A stretch of DNA of 64,000 nucleotides from an uncultured Candidatus Saccharibacteria bacterium (GTDB lineage: Bacteria > Patescibacteriota > Minisyncoccia > Phycocordibacterales > PALSA-1337). The DNA is taken from positions 9,631 through 73,630 of the forward strand of contig CAYPPJ010000002.1 of assembly GCA_964412585.1 (NCBI GenBank), given 5' to 3'. Each line of letters begins with the position of its first letter. The first letter of the stretch is position 1. The translations under genes and the position numbers were made by a program. Below the pieces are notes generated by a model, which saw nothing but the letters and a program-made list of their open reading frames with translations, did no database searches and was not told the origin of the DNA. This document shows positions 19,240 through 29,331 of this stretch, in pieces.

Positions 19240-20178
19240 ATGCCTGAACTTCCTGAAGTACAAACAACCGTCAATGGTCTCAAAGAGCGCATAGTTGGAC
19301 TCTGCATCACTGATGTATGGTCTGACTATAACAGCCTTTATTTCAAGGGCTCTGAAACTATCAAAGATCCTGTGTATTTTAGTCGCATCAAAAAAGAAAT
19401 TATCGGTTCAACCATCGTTGACGTGACTCGACGAGCAAAAAATATTCTCATCCATTTACGATCATCAAAAAAAGGCGAGCGTATACTCCTCGTACACATG
19501 AAGATGACTGGCCATCTCCTCTACGGTCGATATACCTTCGACACGCAAGCTAAAAAGGATCCGTGGATTCCTCGTGAGCCAGAATCACTCAGGGACCCCT
19601 ACAATCGTCATGTTCATTTCCTTATTTCATTTTCAAATAAAAAACATCTGGCTCTTTCTGATGTGAGAAAGTTTGCAAAAGTAACAGTGATCGAGACCTC
19701 CTCCCTACATCATTCTGATCACATAAAAAATATTGGGCCTGAACCATTGGAACCTACATTTACGTTCGACATGTTCAAAGAACGCATCCTGCTCCGTCCT
19801 CAAGGAAAAATAAAGCAGGTCCTCATGGATCAATCGATCATTGCGGGTATTGGAAATATTTACGCTGACGAATCACTCTGGCGCGCGGGTATTCACCCTT
19901 TGGAACAAGTAAAAAATATTTCTCCACGGCACATGAAAGTATTGTATACCGCGATTCAAAAAACATTGTCACGTGGAATAGATTTTGGCGGTGACTCAAC
20001 GTCTGATTACCGTAACGTTGATGGAAACAAAGGTGAATTCCATGAGAAGCACTGCGCCTACCAGCGTACGGGGGAAAAATGTAGCAAAAGAGGTTGCACT
20101 GGGGTCATACAGCGTATCGTACTTGCTGGACGAGGCACTCATTTGTGCGATACTCATCAAGTGATTCGCGGTAAATAA
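19240..20178 (+). CDS. fpg: formamidopyrimidine-DNA glycosylase (Fpg/MutM family)
   Basis: MPELPEVQTTVNGL N-terminus (catalytic Pro2/Glu3), H2TH, C-terminal C4 zinc finger CAYQRTGEKCSKRGC...C. Confidence 0.9.
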   Translation: MPELPEVQTTVNGLKERIVGLCITDVWSDYNSLYFKGSETIKDPVYFSRIKKEIIGSTIVDVTRRAKNILIHLRSSKKGERILLVHMKMTGHLLYGRYTFDTQAKKDPWIPREPESLRDPYNRHVHFLISFSNKKHLALSDVRKFAKVTVIETSSLHHSDHIKNIGPEPLEPTFTFDMFKERILLRPQGKIKQVLMDQSIIAGIGNIYADESLWRAGIHPLEQVKNISPRHMKVLYTAIQKTLSRGIDFGGDSTSDYRNVDGNKGEFHEKHCAYQRTGEKCSKRGCTGVIQRIVLAGRGTHLCDTHQVIRGK

Positions 20179-20182
20179 AAAA

Positions 20183-20232
20183 GGTAGATCCATTTAGTCC
20201 ATGCGCTCACACGAGCGTAGGATGGATCCACC
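20183..20232. terminator. composite hairpin between convergent fpg and trmL-like genes
   Basis: ggtagatccat ... gcgctc-acac-gagcg ... atggatccacc nested inverted repeats. Confidence 0.5.
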
Positions 20233-20293
20233 GTGAGGTCTCAAGCAGAGACAGTGATTTGCAACAGGTGCCATCATATAGGGACTAACGAAA

Positions 20294-20758
20294 TTAATCA
20301 AGTAATCTAAACAATGCCACCCCGGCAGCCACCGAGACATTGAGTGACTCTTTTTTGCCCTGTAATGGAATCTCGGCAATAACGTCTGAAAGGTCAAGAA
20401 GTTCTTTTGAGACACCACCAACCTCATTCCCTACGATAATAAGTGCCGTATCTTTCACCTTCACTTTTTTGTAATCAACCGATTTTTCATCCTGCTCAAT
20501 TGAAATAATCTGAAACCCCTTGTTAGCAAGTTCCGCAACCAACCCCGCGGCATGATCAGTGTGTTCCCAAGGGATCATATCCTCCCCGCCAAGTGAAACT
20601 TTTGCAATATCAGCACGTTTCCTTCCAAATCGATCGATGGGTGTTGGTGTCGTACCGCCACAATATATCTTTGAAATACCGAGTGTTTCTGCTGTTCTAA
20701 AAATTGAACCGACATTGTGGGTACTACGGATATTGTCGAGGAGTAGTCGTATGTCCAT
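20294..20758 (-). CDS. trmL: SpoU-family tRNA 2'-O-methyltransferase (TrmL-like)
   Basis: NVGSIFRTAETLG ... GNEVGGVS ... SLNVSVAAGVALF SPOUT motifs; 154 aa matches TrmL size. Confidence 0.8.
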   Translation of the reverse strand: MDIRLLLDNIRSTHNVGSIFRTAETLGISKIYCGGTTPTPIDRFGRKRADIAKVSLGGEDMIPWEHTDHAAGLVAELANKGFQIISIEQDEKSVDYKKVKVKDTALIIVGNEVGGVSKELLDLSDVIAEIPLQGKKESLNVSVAAGVALFRLLD

Positions 20759-20799
20759 ATTTCCACTATAATACTCTTGTTACCCATTAATCAACTATC

Positions 20800-21168
20800 A
20801 TGCCCTCTTTATTTCCGTATCTATTTACCTTTGATCAAGCGGCGCCATTTATTTTGCGTCTTATTCTCGGCATAACTCTCGCCTATTTTGGATACAGAAA
20901 AATACAGAAAAAAGGCAAAAGTTCTGGCAGCAACTCGCTCATGTATGGTGCCGTAGAGATTATTATCGCCATTTTCCTGGTCATTGGACTGTTCACCCAA
21001 CTTGCCGCAATGCTCAACGCCGTTATTCTTATTATCAAGCTGGGCTACAAGATCCGCGACAGAGCATTTCTCACTGATGGTATCAACTACTACATTTTGT
21101 TGTTGGCGATTGCTATTGCAGTCATCTTCCTCGGACCAGGATGGTTCGCATTTGATCTACCACTCTAG
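20800..21168 (+). CDS. DoxX-family membrane protein
   Basis: 4 predicted TM, ~120 aa, LRLILGITLAYFG start typical of DoxX. Confidence 0.55.
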   Translation: MPSLFPYLFTFDQAAPFILRLILGITLAYFGYRKIQKKGKSSGSNSLMYGAVEIIIAIFLVIGLFTQLAAMLNAVILIIKLGYKIRDRAFLTDGINYYILLLAIAIAVIFLGPGWFAFDLPL

Positions 21169-21317
21169 ATTTGACGAGAGGGCCAAAATACTAGTATGCT
21201 GTGCAACACAGTAGCAAACCAGAGTGCGCTGTAAGTTTGTTTGCGCCCATATATACATATAGGCGCTTCGCTCGAACTTACTGCGAGTGCATGAACACTC
21301 GCGACAAGTTCTCACTC

Positions 21318-21390
21318 GCGCCCATAGCTCAGGTGGTAGAGCAACTCCCTTTTAAGGAGTGGGTCCTTGGTTCGAATCCAAGTGGGCGCA
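21318..21390 (+). tRNA. tRNA-Lys (anticodon TTT)
   Basis: gcgccca ta gctc aggtggtag agc a actcc cttttaa ggagt gggtc cttgg ttcgaat ccaag tgggcgc a. Confidence 0.9.
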
Positions 21391-21426
21391 CACCTATGCT
21401 CGTGATATACTAATACGCATACATTC

Positions 21427-22458
21427 ATGCGTATTTGGAAAATACCTCTTATTATTTGGGTTGTCGCGCTTATTCTCACAATTGCTTCCGGCTTTTTTCT
21501 CGACGTCCGATTTGATATCAATCCCATAATTCAATGGGCAATCGCCATTATTTTTGGCGGGACTCTTCTTGCAACTGCACACAAGGGATTACCGCAATTC
21601 TTTTTAACACTTCTCATTGGTCCAACAACATTCTCGGCCCTCACGTGCGGATTTGCTACCGCCCCCATCGCCACTTCACCACTTGGATTACCATTCATAC
21701 TTGGGCCCGAGATTATCTTCATTCTGACCGCCATCATCACCTTTGGTGCCCTCATCTGGTATCAGTATTCAACATCTTCGAATCGTTTTGCCCACATTCT
21801 TTTTTGGGTATTTGTCATCAATTGGGTAGTACTGGCATTCAATGTGAGCTATTTCGATGATTGGAAAATGGAAAACTACCTGACCATCCCTTTCATCATC
21901 ATTATCTATGTTACCCATCGCTGGTTCCGTCTTTCAAACTTGTCATACGGACTCATATTTTTGTATATGATGCTCCACATCTATGGCAGCCACTATACCT
22001 ATTCAGAGGTGCCTTTTGGCTATTGGCTTGACCATACGTTCGAGCTTGGCCGCAACCATTATGACCGAATAGTACATTTCTCCTTCGGTTTCTTGCTCGC
22101 GTACCCTATCCGAGAAATGATCATTCGCATCAGTAATGTCAAAGGTTTCTGGGGGCTCTATTCCCCTATCGAGTTCGTCCTAGCCTTTAGTGCCATTTAC
22201 GAGATCATTGAATGGGCGGTGGCGGTCATTTACGGTGGTGATCTCGGTATCGCCTATCTCGGTACTCAAGGTGACGTCTTCGATGCTATAAAAGACATGG
22301 CCCTTGCAGGACTCGGGTCAGTGATCACCATGGCCGTTGTTGCTATCATCCACTTCTGGTATAAACCAAAAGATTTTTGGCAGGAATGTTGGAACAGTCT
22401 CAAGGTCAAAAAACACACACCGCTCGGTGAGGAGATGTTGGATAAGATTATGAAATAG
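21427..22458 (+). CDS. polytopic membrane protein, C-terminal half DUF2238/YjdF-like
   Basis: ~8 TM; segment GSHYTYSEVPFGYWLDHTFELGRNHYDRIVHFSFGFLLAYPIRE resembles the YjdF/DUF2238 core. Confidence 0.5.
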   Translation: MRIWKIPLIIWVVALILTIASGFFLDVRFDINPIIQWAIAIIFGGTLLATAHKGLPQFFLTLLIGPTTFSALTCGFATAPIATSPLGLPFILGPEIIFILTAIITFGALIWYQYSTSSNRFAHILFWVFVINWVVLAFNVSYFDDWKMENYLTIPFIIIIYVTHRWFRLSNLSYGLIFLYMMLHIYGSHYTYSEVPFGYWLDHTFELGRNHYDRIVHFSFGFLLAYPIREMIIRISNVKGFWGLYSPIEFVLAFSAIYEIIEWAVAVIYGGDLGIAYLGTQGDVFDAIKDMALAGLGSVITMAVVAIIHFWYKPKDFWQECWNSLKVKKHTPLGEEMLDKIMK

Positions 22459-23173
22459 ACAGAAGTATTCTCTCTGCACCCAATTCCATATTTACCTTCC
22501 CTCGATGACCATCATGATAGAGTGTGATGAACTTTCGTGTAAGTTCCCGCAATTCATCCGTTGAATAATAACCGGCCGCTTTTTTTGCCTTTGAAAAAAC
22601 AAACGGACTCAACCCTGACTCGGATGCGCTAGAGGAATGAGCCGCCAACATCATCGACTTCAATTGCCAAAAGATCGTACCAATAATATTTTCCGGCTCT
22701 GTACCCCTGTCTATCGCTTGTCTATACATTGTCCATGCCTTGAATGAATCCCTCGAGCCGACAGCATCTGCAAGTGCGAAAATATTAAATTCTTCCTTTG
22801 GCGCACCAGTAGGCGCGCCCATGTCTGACACCACAATTTTTTCAGCATGCTTTTCGAATGCCTTCGTCAATTCTGCATTCACTTTCCCCTCAAGAACAAT
22901 GAAAATATTTGGCGACTCCTGCATGACAGAAACGCTCTCAACAAGGCCGTCTTTTGCCTCTGAGTTTTCGGTCACTCGATCAAGAAAAATAATATATTTA
23001 TTTGAAAAAAGTCCCTGCCCACCAAGATGTTCCTCAATGATAGATGGCGACCACTGCCCCGCTTCGATACGTACATATGACGCATCAGTTTTCTTGGTGC
23101 GCAATGAAGCAATCAGCGCTGAAGCCTTGTGTGAACTGAGTGGTGTATTGCTGCCGTGAAAAACGTATAACAT
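22448..23173 (-). CDS. holA: DNA polymerase III delta subunit (HolA-like)
   Basis: N-terminal MLYVFHGSN... clamp-loader delta fold start, size and position downstream of polA; weak sequence signal. Confidence 0.5.
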   Translation of the reverse strand: MLYVFHGSNTPLSSHKASALIASLRTKKTDASYVRIEAGQWSPSIIEEHLGGQGLFSNKYIIFLDRVTENSEAKDGLVESVSVMQESPNIFIVLEGKVNAELTKAFEKHAEKIVVSDMGAPTGAPKEEFNIFALADAVGSRDSFKAWTMYRQAIDRGTEPENIIGTIFWQLKSMMLAAHSSSASESGLSPFVFSKAKKAAGYYSTDELRELTRKFITLYHDGHRGKVNMELGAERILLSIS

Positions 23174-23207
23174 GTGGCCTTTCTAGTTACTAATTACTAA
23201 TTACTTT

Positions 23208-25826
23208 CTATTTAAGCTCCCCCCAATTGTCCCCGATCGCTGCCGATGCCCTGAGCACGACACCCTTGGTATCTTTCGGGTCCATAACTGACTCCATAAT
23301 CTTCTCGATCTCACGCGCAACTTTTTCCGCTTTATCTTCACGAATCTCGTACACCAATTCATCGTGAACTTGGAGCAATGCATGCACATCGTCATCAAGC
23401 TTGTTCTGTGTGATATATGCGTCTATCTCAATCATGGCCAGCTTGATAACATCAGCCTCCGTGCCCTGAATAGGAGCATTGATTGCCATGCGCTCCGCAG
23501 CCGCTTTGATGAAAGGAATTTTGGAATTGATACCTTCAAAATAGCGTCGTCGCCCATAAAATGTCTCAGTATAGCCACGCGCTGCCGTCTCTTGTTTGAC
23601 TGAATCTAGATATGAAGCAAGTGTTGAAAATGTTTTGAAGTAATCTTCATAGAATTTCTGAGCCTCTGCGCGGCTGGTACCAATACTTTTTTGAAGCGAT
23701 GTCACGCCCATGCCATAAATGATGCCGAAGTTAATTATTTTTGCTTGGCGACGCATTTCGGAAGTAACCTGATCTTGCGACACACCAAACACGAATGATG
23801 CAACAGATGAATGAACATCCTTCCCTTCTTTGAAAATCTGTATCATCTTTTCATCCCCCGACAAAAAGGCGGCGATGCGCAATTCCATTTGAGAATAATC
23901 AAAACTGCACATCTTGAATCCCTTCTCAGCTACAAATGCGTGACGAATGGCTTTGCCGAGATCAGTGCGCACCGGGATATTTTGCAGGTTTGGATTGATT
24001 GATGCCATGCGACCCGTGGTTGTCCCCGCAGATACAAGGTGTGAATGGAGTCGTTTGTCTGCCCCAAGAAGTGGTGGGATAGCGTCGATGTAAGTTGAGA
24101 GCAATTTGGTAAGCTCGCGATAGTCAAAAATCATCGGCACAATCGGGTGTAGGTCGCGAAGCTTCTCAAGCTCAGACTCCTTTGTAGAACGTGCCCCACC
24201 AGCCGTTTTCTTCATATTCTTGGCCGTCAAATTGAGTTTATCAAAAAGAACCTCTCCAAGCTGTTTTGGTGAGCTAATGTTGAATTCCATACCCGCATGC
24301 TTCCAAATTTCCTTCTGCAATCGATCTGCCTCAGTGTGATATTTTTTCGAAAGATCCAACAGAAACGCATCATCAATCTTGATACCGCGCTTTTCCATTT
24401 TTTCGGTAATAGCAATCAAAGGAAGCTCAATGGTGTCATATATCTCTCGCACATTTCTTTTTTCAAGTTCTGCAAAAATAACTTTTTTTGCTTCTTCATA
24501 GGAATCAGTATTCGCAAAATTGAGGATGTCTTCCATGGTTGGATTGGTGACATTGGAATTGACGAGCCACAGAGCGACGGCGGTTTGGTTGAAATCTGTT
24601 GGGATGGCTTCGGAAACGAAACCTTCTTCACCCACGATTGGTTTTGCTCGCACCACGGAATCGCTCGCAAAACCATCTTTTCTCGGCGTCGCCTCAAGGG
24701 ATAAACCTAGAGTCTGGTTCCGCGACGCCTGCGAAGAGGGTTCAGAAGGTTTGTTCCCTTCGCCATCTTTCGACAGACTTACACCTGTTCGCTCTTTAGT
24801 AGAAACGATAGTCTTGTTTCCGGCGTCGGCACCACCCACCGCTTTTTGTAATCGTTGTACTAGTCTTCTAAACTCCAACTGTTGCCAGAGTGCCGTTACT
24901 TTCTTTATATCTAGACTTTCTTTGAATGTTTTCTCAGGTAATGTAAAGGTAATCGGCGCATCTCGACGAATAGTCGCGAGCATTTTACTGAATTCTGCTT
25001 CTTCCTTGTTATCTTTGAGCAACTGAATAATGCGCGGGGTTATACCAGCCTTAATAAACTTGTCATCATGACCTTTTTCGAGTTCCTCATACATCTCTTC
25101 GATAGTGCCGAAAGCCTGCAACAAAATAGTCGCTGTCTTTTCCCCGATACCTTTAACGCCGATAATATTATCTGACGGATCTCCGCGCAAACCTTTGTAG
25201 TCAGCAACGAGCTCGGGACCAAATCCGTAGCGTTCATTGACCATCTTTTCGTCATACATGATGGTATCTTTTATCCCCTTCTTGAATGTGTAGACCTGCA
25301 CTTCTTCTCCTTTGACGAGTTGGAGTGTGTCCATATCACCTGAAGCAATGATTATTTGGAGATTGGAGACTTGAGACTTGAGACTTGAAGTTCCTTTTGT
25401 CTTTTTTTCTTTCCCATTTCTTCCTGCTTCCTTATTCTTACCTGTCAGTTGCTCGACAATGGTGCCGAGCATATCATCGGCTTCAAATCCTGCTTTGTCA
25501 TAAATAGGAATATCCAGTGCCGCAAAAATATCTCTCGAGCGACCCATCTGTGCGACTAGGGCTTCATCAGGAGTTTTTCGTTGTGCCTTGTATTCTTTGT
25601 ACGCCTCATGACGATAGGTTGGGCCTTTGACGTCATAACATGCCACAACATAGTCAGGCTTCAGACTCTCAATAATGCCGATAAGCATCGCAGAAAGGCC
25701 GTATAGGGCCCCCGTCGGCTCACCACGCGTCGTAGCAAAGTCAGGGAGCGCATGATAGGCACGATGCAAGATAGCGTGCGCATCGAGTAAAACGAGGCGT
25801 TTCTGTTCAGTTTTTTTCTTGGCAGC
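23208..25826 (-). CDS. polA: DNA polymerase I (5'-3' exonuclease + polymerase; 3'-5' exo motifs not evident)
   Basis: LVLLDAHAILHRAYHA (5' nuclease), ... RRQAKIINFGIIYGMG (motif B), LQVHDELVYE (motif C); start set to MAAKKK. Confidence 0.95.
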   Translation of the reverse strand, partial: AAKKKTEQKRLVLLDAHAILHRAYHALPDFATTRGEPTGALYGLSAMLIGIIESLKPDYVVACYDVKGPTYRHEAYKEYKAQRKTPDEALVAQMGRSRDIFAALDIPIYDKAGFEADDMLGTIVEQLTGKNKEAGRNGKEKKTKGTSSLKSQVSNLQIIIASGDMDTLQLVKGEEVQVYTFKKGIKDTIMYDEKMVNERYGFGPELVADYKGLRGDPSDNIIGVKGIGEKTATILLQAFGTIEEMYEELEKGHDDKFIKAGITPRIIQLLKDNKEEAEFSKMLATIRRDAPITFTLPEKTFKESLDIKKVTALWQQLEFRRLVQRLQKAVGGADAGNKTIVSTKERTGVSLSKDGEGNKPSEPSSQASRNQTLGLSLEATPRKDGFASDSVVRAKPIVGEEGFVSEAIPTDFNQTAVALWLVNSNVTNPTMEDILNFANTDSYEEAKKVIFAELEKRNVREIYDTIELPLIAITEKMEKRGIKIDDAFLLDLSKKYHTEADRLQKEIWKHAGMEFNISSPKQLGEVLFDKLNLTAKNMKKTAGGARSTKESELEKLRDLHPIVPMIFDYRELTKLLSTYIDAIPPLLGADKRLHSHLVSAGTTTGRMASINPNLQNIPVRTDLGKAIRHAFVAEKGFKMCSFDYSQMELRIAAFLSGDEKMIQIFKEGKDVHSSVASFVFGVSQDQVTSEMRRQAKIINFGIIYGMGVTSLQKSIGTSRAEAQKFYEDYFKTFSTLASYLDSVKQETAARGYTETFYGRRRYFEGINSKIPFIKAAAERMAINAPIQGTEADVIKLAMIEIDAYITQNKLDDDVHALLQVHDELVYEIREDKAEKVAREIEKIMESVMDPKDTKGVVLRASAAIGDNWGELK

Positions 25827-25847
25827 CATATGTGAATTGTACACTAT

Positions 25848-26324
25848 TTATACCGAGGTAATAGGGCCTTCGGTAAAGACGATGTTGCGCTCGTTTTCGT
25901 TTCTCGAAGGTATAGAAAATGAGATGGTTGAATATGATGGCCGTCCCGTTAATGCCTCCTTTACGTTCTCGGGCCATTCGATCAGAATCAAGTGCTTCGG
26001 ATCACTCGCAAGCTCTTCGAACTTTAGTGTGGCCAATTCTTTTCCTTGTTCCAAACGATATGCGTCAATATGAACAAGTGTATTCCAAATAGGATGAGTT
26101 ATCGGGTACATCTTCATTATCACGAATGTTGGACTGGTAATCTCTTCACTGATGCCAAGTACTTTTCCTGCGGCTTTTGTGAATGCTGTCTTACCCGCAC
26201 CCAGCTGGCCTGACAACCCAACAATAGTCGCCCCCGATGTAACCGCGTGTTTTGAAAGCTGGTCAAGAATGTGGCCGGCAATCTCTGAGGTCTCTTCTAT
26301 CGAATGAGAAACAAATGATTTCAT
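25848..26324 (-). CDS. tsaE: tRNA threonylcarbamoyladenosine biosynthesis protein TsaE (YjeE)
   Basis: LSGQLGAGKTAFTKAAGKVLGI ... SPTFVIMKMY ... HIDAYRL; start trimmed to MKSFVSHS. Confidence 0.85.
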   Translation of the reverse strand: MKSFVSHSIEETSEIAGHILDQLSKHAVTSGATIVGLSGQLGAGKTAFTKAAGKVLGISEEITSPTFVIMKMYPITHPIWNTLVHIDAYRLEQGKELATLKFEELASDPKHLILIEWPENVKEALTGRPSYSTISFSIPSRNENERNIVFTEGPITSV

Positions 26325-26444
26325 ATGAGTATAGTACGCAAGGTTGCCCTGCACAGCAAGTCTACATGCAAAAAGACCGCCCTCAACAAGTTGAGTGCGG
26401 TCTTCGCGAGTCGGCTGTGCCGACAAAGATCTGATTGGAACAAA

Positions 26445-27188
26445 TTACCGATGACCTCCACGTCCGCCACCCGAATGTCCTCCCCCATGTTGTGGAGGTG
26501 GGCTCGAGGGTGAGCTATGGTGCGATGGTGGTGATGGCGGTCGGGGGTTATTGGGAGGTCGGTACGAATGACCTCCCCCCTGATGCCCACTCCCGCTCGG
26601 CTGGGCATAATTTTGCCGTGGCAGCCGTGGAACTGGGTGACCAACGGGCGTGGTATAAACCTGCCGCGGTGGCCTATCACTTCCACCTCGATGCCGATAG
26701 GCACTCGAGGGGATAGAGAAATGTCGGTGGTCTCTGACCCCGTAGAACACCCGTTCGTAATACGGGTCATTCGCATACCACGTGACGCCGTTGTACCAGA
26801 CTGGTTGTCCCCACACAAAGTGGGACGACAACGATACTCCTACCCAACACCCACACAAGTGCAGATCATGGTTGTGGCCATAGCCAGAACACTTTTCGGC
26901 CCGATCCTCGACTTGAGGCGATTCCGACTGATTTGGCGTAGAAGTCGCCGGCCGCGAATCCGGCTCGGGAGCCGCGTAGATTGTGGTTGAGGTTCCTACA
27001 GGTGCAGGAACCTGAACTGGTGTCGGCGCAGTCGAGGGCACCGCCTCCGCATACACAGTATTGACCGTGATGCCTGCAGAACGTGTTCCACTGGCACCGT
27101 TGATTACGACTCGGGCTTCACCAGCCCAGGCCGTGACAAGTTGAGCGGCGATGCAAATCGCCATCCCAACTATGAGTTTGATGTTCAT
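26445..27188 (-). CDS. secreted Cys/His-containing protein with His/Pro/Gly/Ser-rich low-complexity C-terminus
   Basis: Signal peptide MNIKLIVGMAICIAAQLVTAWAG; CSGYGHNHDLHLCGCW cluster; tail ...PPSHHSSPSSPPPQHGGGHSGGGRGGHR; locally GC-rich. An alternative-frame ORF (26321..26818) overlaps it. Confidence 0.5.
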   Translation of the reverse strand: MNIKLIVGMAICIAAQLVTAWAGEARVVINGASGTRSAGITVNTVYAEAVPSTAPTPVQVPAPVGTSTTIYAAPEPDSRPATSTPNQSESPQVEDRAEKCSGYGHNHDLHLCGCWVGVSLSSHFVWGQPVWYNGVTWYANDPYYERVFYGVRDHRHFSIPSSAYRHRGGSDRPPRQVYTTPVGHPVPRLPRQNYAQPSGSGHQGGGHSYRPPNNPRPPSPPSHHSSPSSPPPQHGGGHSGGGRGGHR

Positions 27189-27306
27189 TGTAAAGCTTTC
27201 TTGAACACAGGGAACCCCCTGCATCCTTCGAGTTGGATTATATCATATATAGGTAAAAAGTCAATACATGGCTCAAATACGTCAAATATCGTGTATAATA
27301 TTCGCA

Positions 27307-28977
27307 ATGATTCAATTTGATGAAGATAAACAAAGAAGAAAGCTCGACGAGTTGCTTCATAAAGAAGAGGAAGACCTTGTGCAGATTCTTTCGGCAAAAT
27401 ATGGTGTCGAATATGTAAACCTTCTAGGCACACCAGTAAACACTGATGCTCTCCGCCTCATCCCAGAAGAAATTGCTCGACCATCCCAAGTTGCCGCTTA
27501 TGCTCTTATAGACAAAAAAGTTAAAATCGCCGCACGCAATCCTCAAGATGAAAAAGTCGTCGGAATCATGAAAGATATTGAGACAAAAGGCTATCAACCT
27601 GAGTTGTACATTACTTCGACACAGGGACTCGAGAAAGCATGGAAAGTATACAAAGATTTGTCATTTGCGTACGAGAGTAAAGCTGGCTCGCTCGAGATTT
27701 CCAGTGAAGAAATAGCGGCCATCATCGATCAAGCAAAAAGCCTGCCAACAATCATCTCCATTTTGAATAATACGATGGCAGCAAAAAAGAGCTACCGTAT
27801 TTCGAGAATACTCGAGACCGTCGTAGCTGGCGCCCTCGCTATTGATGCATCTGATATCCATCTCGAACCAGAAGAAGCCTATGTCCAACTGAGATACCGC
27901 CTCGATGGTGTCTTGCAGGAAGTGCTCCGTTTCGATAATGAAACATATGGTCTCATCCTTTCGCGCATCAAACTTATTTCTGGAATGAAATTGAATGTTA
28001 AAAAAGATTCGCAGGATGGCCGTTTTAGCATTCGCCTCCCTATTGGAGATGTAGAAGTTCGTGTTTCTATTCTTCCTGGCGCTTACAATGAGTCAATCGT
28101 GATGCGTCTTCTCAATCCAAAATCAATCGATGTGCCTTTGGAGTCTCTTGGTATCAACAAAAAGCTGCTTGATATACTGCTCAAGGAAATCGACCGTCCT
28201 GACGGCATGATTCTCACCACTGGACCAACGGGCTCTGGAAAGACCACGACTCTTTATTCATTTCTCAAGAAAATTCATGATCCGAAAGTAAAGATTATCA
28301 CCATTGAAGATCCTATCGAATATCACCTGCCAGGTATTGTTCAGACTCAAGTCAATGACAAGGGGTACAATTTTGCTGAAGGTCTTCGTGCCGCGGTTCG
28401 CCAAGATCCCGATATCATCATGATCGGTGAAATCCGTGACAACGAGACCGCAGAGATCGCTGTTAACTCTGCCCTGACTGGCCACCTTGTTTTTTCTACC
28501 CTCCACACCAATGACGCTGCAGGCACCTTCCCTCGCCTCATCGATTTGGGAGTAAACTCAAAAGTTCTTACATCCGCAATTCGTGTCGCTATGGCACAAC
28601 GTCTTGTGCGCAAATTGTGCACATTCTGTAAGAAAGAGGTTGTTGTTACCGGCGTAGACCAAAAAGAAATTGAGGACACTGTTGCTTTGATTGAAGACAA
28701 AACAGTAGTTCCAACTGAACGCAACAAGATGTATGTGGCTGTTGGGTGCGAGAAATGTAACAACACCGGCTACAAAGGTCGTGTTGGTATCTATGAGGCT
28801 ATTTTGAGTGATAAAAAGATTGAGGATGCCGTCGAGATGAATCCAAGCGAACGTGAGATATGGATTGCCGCACAAGGACAAGGAATTCTTACCTTGAAAC
28901 AAGATGGGGTGCTCAAGATTTTAGATGGCACCACATCGATCGATGAGCTTCGTCGTGTTATTTCACTTACTGATTAA
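27307..28977 (+). CDS. pilB: type IV pilus / type II secretion assembly ATPase (PilB/GspE family)
   Basis: N-terminal T2SSE_N-like domain, Walker A LTTGPTGSGKTTTLY, ITIEDPIEY, Walker B/His box, C-terminal CxxC...CxxC zinc motif; start trimmed to MIQFDEDKQ with TATAAT 8 nt upstream. Confidence 0.9.
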   Translation: MIQFDEDKQRRKLDELLHKEEEDLVQILSAKYGVEYVNLLGTPVNTDALRLIPEEIARPSQVAAYALIDKKVKIAARNPQDEKVVGIMKDIETKGYQPELYITSTQGLEKAWKVYKDLSFAYESKAGSLEISSEEIAAIIDQAKSLPTIISILNNTMAAKKSYRISRILETVVAGALAIDASDIHLEPEEAYVQLRYRLDGVLQEVLRFDNETYGLILSRIKLISGMKLNVKKDSQDGRFSIRLPIGDVEVRVSILPGAYNESIVMRLLNPKSIDVPLESLGINKKLLDILLKEIDRPDGMILTTGPTGSGKTTTLYSFLKKIHDPKVKIITIEDPIEYHLPGIVQTQVNDKGYNFAEGLRAAVRQDPDIIMIGEIRDNETAEIAVNSALTGHLVFSTLHTNDAAGTFPRLIDLGVNSKVLTSAIRVAMAQRLVRKLCTFCKKEVVVTGVDQKEIEDTVALIEDKTVVPTERNKMYVAVGCEKCNNTGYKGRVGIYEAILSDKKIEDAVEMNPSEREIWIAAQGQGILTLKQDGVLKILDGTTSIDELRRVISLTD

Positions 28978-28995
28978 TATAATCAATCTACTACC

Positions 28996-29331
28996 ATGAT
29001 TATGATCAATGGAAAATTTAATGAGGATCTCGGTAATGTTGGAAAAGAAGTTTCTGAGATATCACACAAAGTTCAACTAGAACAAGCTGAGTTGCAGAAA
29101 AAAAAGCTTGAAGTTCCTGTGCTGCACAAAGAGGCAGAAGAATTTCGTAAAAAAGCTACTGAGTCTGAGCGTAAGGCGAGACTCGATGAAATGGAAATCC
29201 CAAAAATCACCATGGAAATTCATCGTGACCAAGCTGAGCTCCAAAAAAGACACGCTGCTTTTGAGCAAGCACAACGAAAAGCTGCCCAGGATGCAAACAA
29301 GGCCGGGCTCAAGAACGTCAAACTACGTTAA
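28996..29331 (+). CDS. coiled-coil hypothetical protein (111 aa)
   Basis: K/E/Q-rich heptad-like sequence immediately after pilB. Confidence 0.4.
   Translation: MIMINGKFNEDLGNVGKEVSEISHKVQLEQAELQKKKLEVPVLHKEAEEFRKKATESERKARLDEMEIPKITMEIHRDQAELQKRHAAFEQAQRKAAQDANKAGLKNVKLR

Noticed and set aside
19133-19294. Possible micro-ORF MRYADNVVATIS... starting inside the family-1 core and also readable in copy C
   Set aside because: Copy B has an in-frame TGA after 5 codons, so conservation is at the nucleotide level, not the protein level.
21312-21527. 71-aa minus-strand ORF
   Set aside because: It overlaps tRNA-Lys and the start of the downstream membrane-protein gene, so it is spurious.
26321-26818. 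165-aa alternative-frame ORF overlapping the His/Pro-rich secreted protein gene
   Set aside because: It lacks a signal peptide or any motif. The 259-aa frame with an N-terminal signal peptide is more plausible, though both are uncertain.
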